A stretch of DNA of 64,000 nucleotides from Chromera velia (Eukaryota), in NCBI GenBank assembly GCA_018398765.1, contig JAHBMJ010000499.1, positions 1 through 64,000 on the forward strand, given 5' to 3'. This document shows, piece by piece, positions 61,726 to 64,000 of this stretch. How positions within the stretch are numbered: position 1 is the first letter of the stretch; each line of letters begins with the position of its first letter. Below the pieces are notes generated by a model that did not search any database, had not been told where the DNA came from, and saw only the letters and a program-made list of their open reading frames with translations. Position numbers and translations under genes: made by a program.

Positions 61726-64000
61726 CTGTCTGTCTGTCCGTCTGTCTGTTCTGTCTGGTTGTCTGTCTGCCTGCCTGCCTGCCTGCCTGTTGAGGGGCGC
61801 TGAGCATGCAGCGGAAATGTTTTGCTTTGTTCTGTTCCCGAAATGGAGAGGCGCTTTGCCGGGCTCGTGTCACAAGCTCGTTTCTTGAGCACTCCCATTC
61901 AGCACCCTTTTACTTCTGTGGCTCAATGTTGAATTTTTGGGTGCATGGATGGATGCAGGTAGAGCGTTACTGTTCCACTCTGCAAGGTCAAATAGCTCGG
62001 CAGGGCGAATCTCTTGAGACGTTGAGGAGGGAATTGCAACAAGAGACTGAGGAGAAGCTGAGGCTTGAACAGGCGAACCTCGAGATCTTATTTGACAAGT
62101 CAGTCTGTCAGGAAGGGGAGGGGGGAGAGGGAAAGAGTTCGGAGATCCGTGTATGGAAATGACTTGAGTACGGTGCACTCTCTGACAAGTCAGTCAGTCA
62201 GTCAGCCAGAGGGAGTTCGCGAAAGGAAAGCATTTCTTTTTAATTTTGAAGCAACTCGACTGATCGATGGATGGATCGATCTCTTTGCAGAGAGACTGCG
62301 GAGGCTCGTTCGTCTCGTCTTGAGAGAAGGATGACGGAACTGGACGCCCTCTCGCAGGCCCTGAAGGCCAAGCTCCTCACGCAGTCGCACACAGCAGTCG
62401 CGGGAGTGGGAGGTGGAGTGTCTGGTCCCTCGGGGATTCCTCCTCCTGTGTTGAAGTCTGGACGGGAGAGGGAACTTGAGGCAGTAGTGGATGGACTGCG
62501 GAGGGCTTCTGAGAAGCTGCAGAGTGAAAACTCAAAGTGAGTGATTCAACTCTGCGACACCCTGCTTTCTCGTCTCGCTTGCATCGGTGTATCGGAATAG
62601 TAGTACGGGTGTCTTTGTGTCTGTGCCTTCTTTCTTTTTCGGTTCGAGGTTCTGTCTTGACTTTCAGTCATCAATGTTGCTTCTTTTCCATGAATCCATT
62701 CGTACACGTTTCATCCGTCTGCCAGTGGAAGTGCGTGTGGACATTCACATAAAGAAGGAATACAAGCGACGTGATGGATATTTGCATGTTTGCAATGATG
62801 CACGCATGCAGGTTGCAAGCAGAGGTAGGCAGGCTGAGGTGTCGCCCGGCTGCCTCATCTGTTGCGTCGCGGAAAGCAAAAGCTGCCCCTCAGGGGAGAG
62901 GAGGGGGGGGAGATGTGCCTGAGGAACCGTCGTCTTCTGCTGCTGCTAGTGGTGGTGCAGACGTTTCAGTTCTTCGACGAGAAATTTTAAATTTGAGAGC
63001 GGAACTGGAAAGCGTGAGGGCAGGGGAGAGGAAAGAAGACGAAAGTCTGGTGATTGGTTTGCGTGAGGAGGTGCGACGTCTGAGTGAAGAGAACGATGCG
63101 ATGAGGGCACGGCAAAAAGAAGACAGGGAAGCTCTGGAGGTAAGGGGAGGGGGCAGATGGACGGACCCAGTTGGTCAAAGTTTGAAGGGATTCATTCATT
63201 CATTCATTACAGAATGGGCGGCATGATGGACTTTGAATTTGAACTGAAGTACTCGAATGGGCTCCGCCCTGTTCTTTCGTGTCTTTTTTTTTTTCCCCTT
63301 TCTCGTGGAAAAGGTGCGCTCCTTTTTCTCTGTGCGTCCTCCTTATCAACGTTTCTTGTTTTGTCTTCTTCTTCTTCTTCTTCTAGCATAATTCTTATTT
63401 TTCTCTGGTAGATTCGGCGCGAACTCTCTTTGTCCTCTGATCAATCTGCTGATTTTCTCTTTTTTCTCTGCGTTCCTTTCTTGTGTGCATACAGGACGCC
63501 GACAAGGTTCTCCAAGAGGTTGAAAAGGTGGAGGCAAGATACAGAGAAATTGTGAATGAGCACAGAGGGTCAGTCGCTGAAACTATGAGTGGGGGGAAGG
63601 CTGAGAGGAGATTGGTAGACAGATAATGTAAATGAGGGGAAACCCGCTCACTTCATTAGACTGCCGGGAATAATGCGGCTCCCCAGCAAGGGTTGCAGAC
63701 TTATTGTCTCTCTGAAACGCTCGTTCTTTTCTTTCCTCTTTCAAAGGTGTCTGTGTGGAGTCTGTCTGTTTCTGACTGTGTCATGACGTGTCTGTTGTGT
63801 CTGTTTTCGTGCAGGTTGAGAAGGGCGCTGGGATTGGGACAGGGACAGGACGCCTTGAACGCGGCAGAGAACATGAGGGCAGGCAACGTGAGTTGAGTGG
63901 ATGGATGGAGGGAGGGAGGGAGCTGGTGGTACCGATAGGAGGAGGCGGACATGATAAAAGCTTTTCGGAGAGACGGGGTGGGGGGGGGGAGAATCTTTCT
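38076..64000 (+). CDS. CEP290: CEP290-like centrosomal/transition-zone coiled-coil protein, >40 exons, 3' end outside the window
   Basis: Exon ~40105-40834 (RMRQYEQQFGIEEAM...ENKLLRQMADV...LDLSQMK...AKHLEREVLDLEEERVELRMKLRSMA...GLSADQ) resembles, as recalled, the conserved CEP290 block (RMxxYExGxYGLEDA...ENEALR...IESLEEERLDLKxKIRQMA...GLT). Heptad-rich exons with canonical splice sites continue to at least 63815-63887. There are two short 5' exons (38076-38111, 38165-38203). Confidence 0.8.
41266..41390 (+). repeat. 37 bp intronic minisatellite, about 3.3 copies
   Basis: ttctctcattcaactttcaaggttctcatttctctca repeated. Confidence 0.9.
42378..42695. other. Assembly gap in a CEP290-like intron (could hide an exon)
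   Basis: N run flanked by poly-C. Confidence 1.
47235..47506 (+). repeat. Intronic minisatellite, 14 units of tgggtttgcatgaga(gaga)a (16-24 bp)
   Basis: Starts at the last base of the donor GAG|gtaagt. Two variant units carry tgggtgcaattgcatg. Confidence 0.95.
48495..48530 (+). other. Canonical EF-hand Ca2+-binding loop inside the CEP290-like gene
   Basis: DPDNDGIVTRLE has D1, D3, D5, G6, V8, T9 and E12, in the helix context ALNLF...FRKAC. Confidence 0.85.
61073..61790 (+). repeat. ~700 bp (GTCT/GTCC)n tetranucleotide microsatellite beginning at an intron donor
   Basis: AAG|gtctgtctgt..., with interspersed gtcc/gtcg variants, ending in (gcct)n. Confidence 0.95.

Noticed and set aside
60488..61898. 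Several 240-460 aa ORFs (TDRQ/SVCL repeats)
   Set aside because: Translations of the intronic (GTCT)n tract. Only the exon ~60855-61072 is coding.

Overview
Eukaryotic, intron-rich nuclear DNA with microsatellite-filled introns and four assembly gaps. It is most likely a chromerid alveolate such as Chromera velia. This is inferred from an apicomplexan-type P2 protein, abundant TGCATG(CA), a ciliary gene and the intron style, not from a database search. Recognisable genes: (1) a minus-strand multi-exon gene (~18578-29044) fusing an N-terminal fatty acyl-CoA reductase (FAR) module in frame to a complete ABCG half-transporter; (2) 60S acidic ribosomal protein P2 (29741-30277), head-to-head with it; (3) a very large CEP290-like ciliary coiled-coil gene (38076 to past the window end) with an internal EF-hand module; (4) two divergent orphan genes (4947-6893 minus, 7687-13727 plus). 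The most interesting signal is the FAR-ABCG fusion. The junction lies inside one exon, all ABC motifs are intact, but the FAR catalytic Tyr and the Rossmann glycine motif are degenerate, suggesting a pseudo-enzyme lipid-binding or sensing domain on a lipid exporter. Other signals: near-identical twin introns in an apparently non-coding transcript, AT-rich islands with TpA-rich flanks between apparently convergent genes, and several structured tandem repeats. Exon boundaries were read by eye and are approximate where stated.
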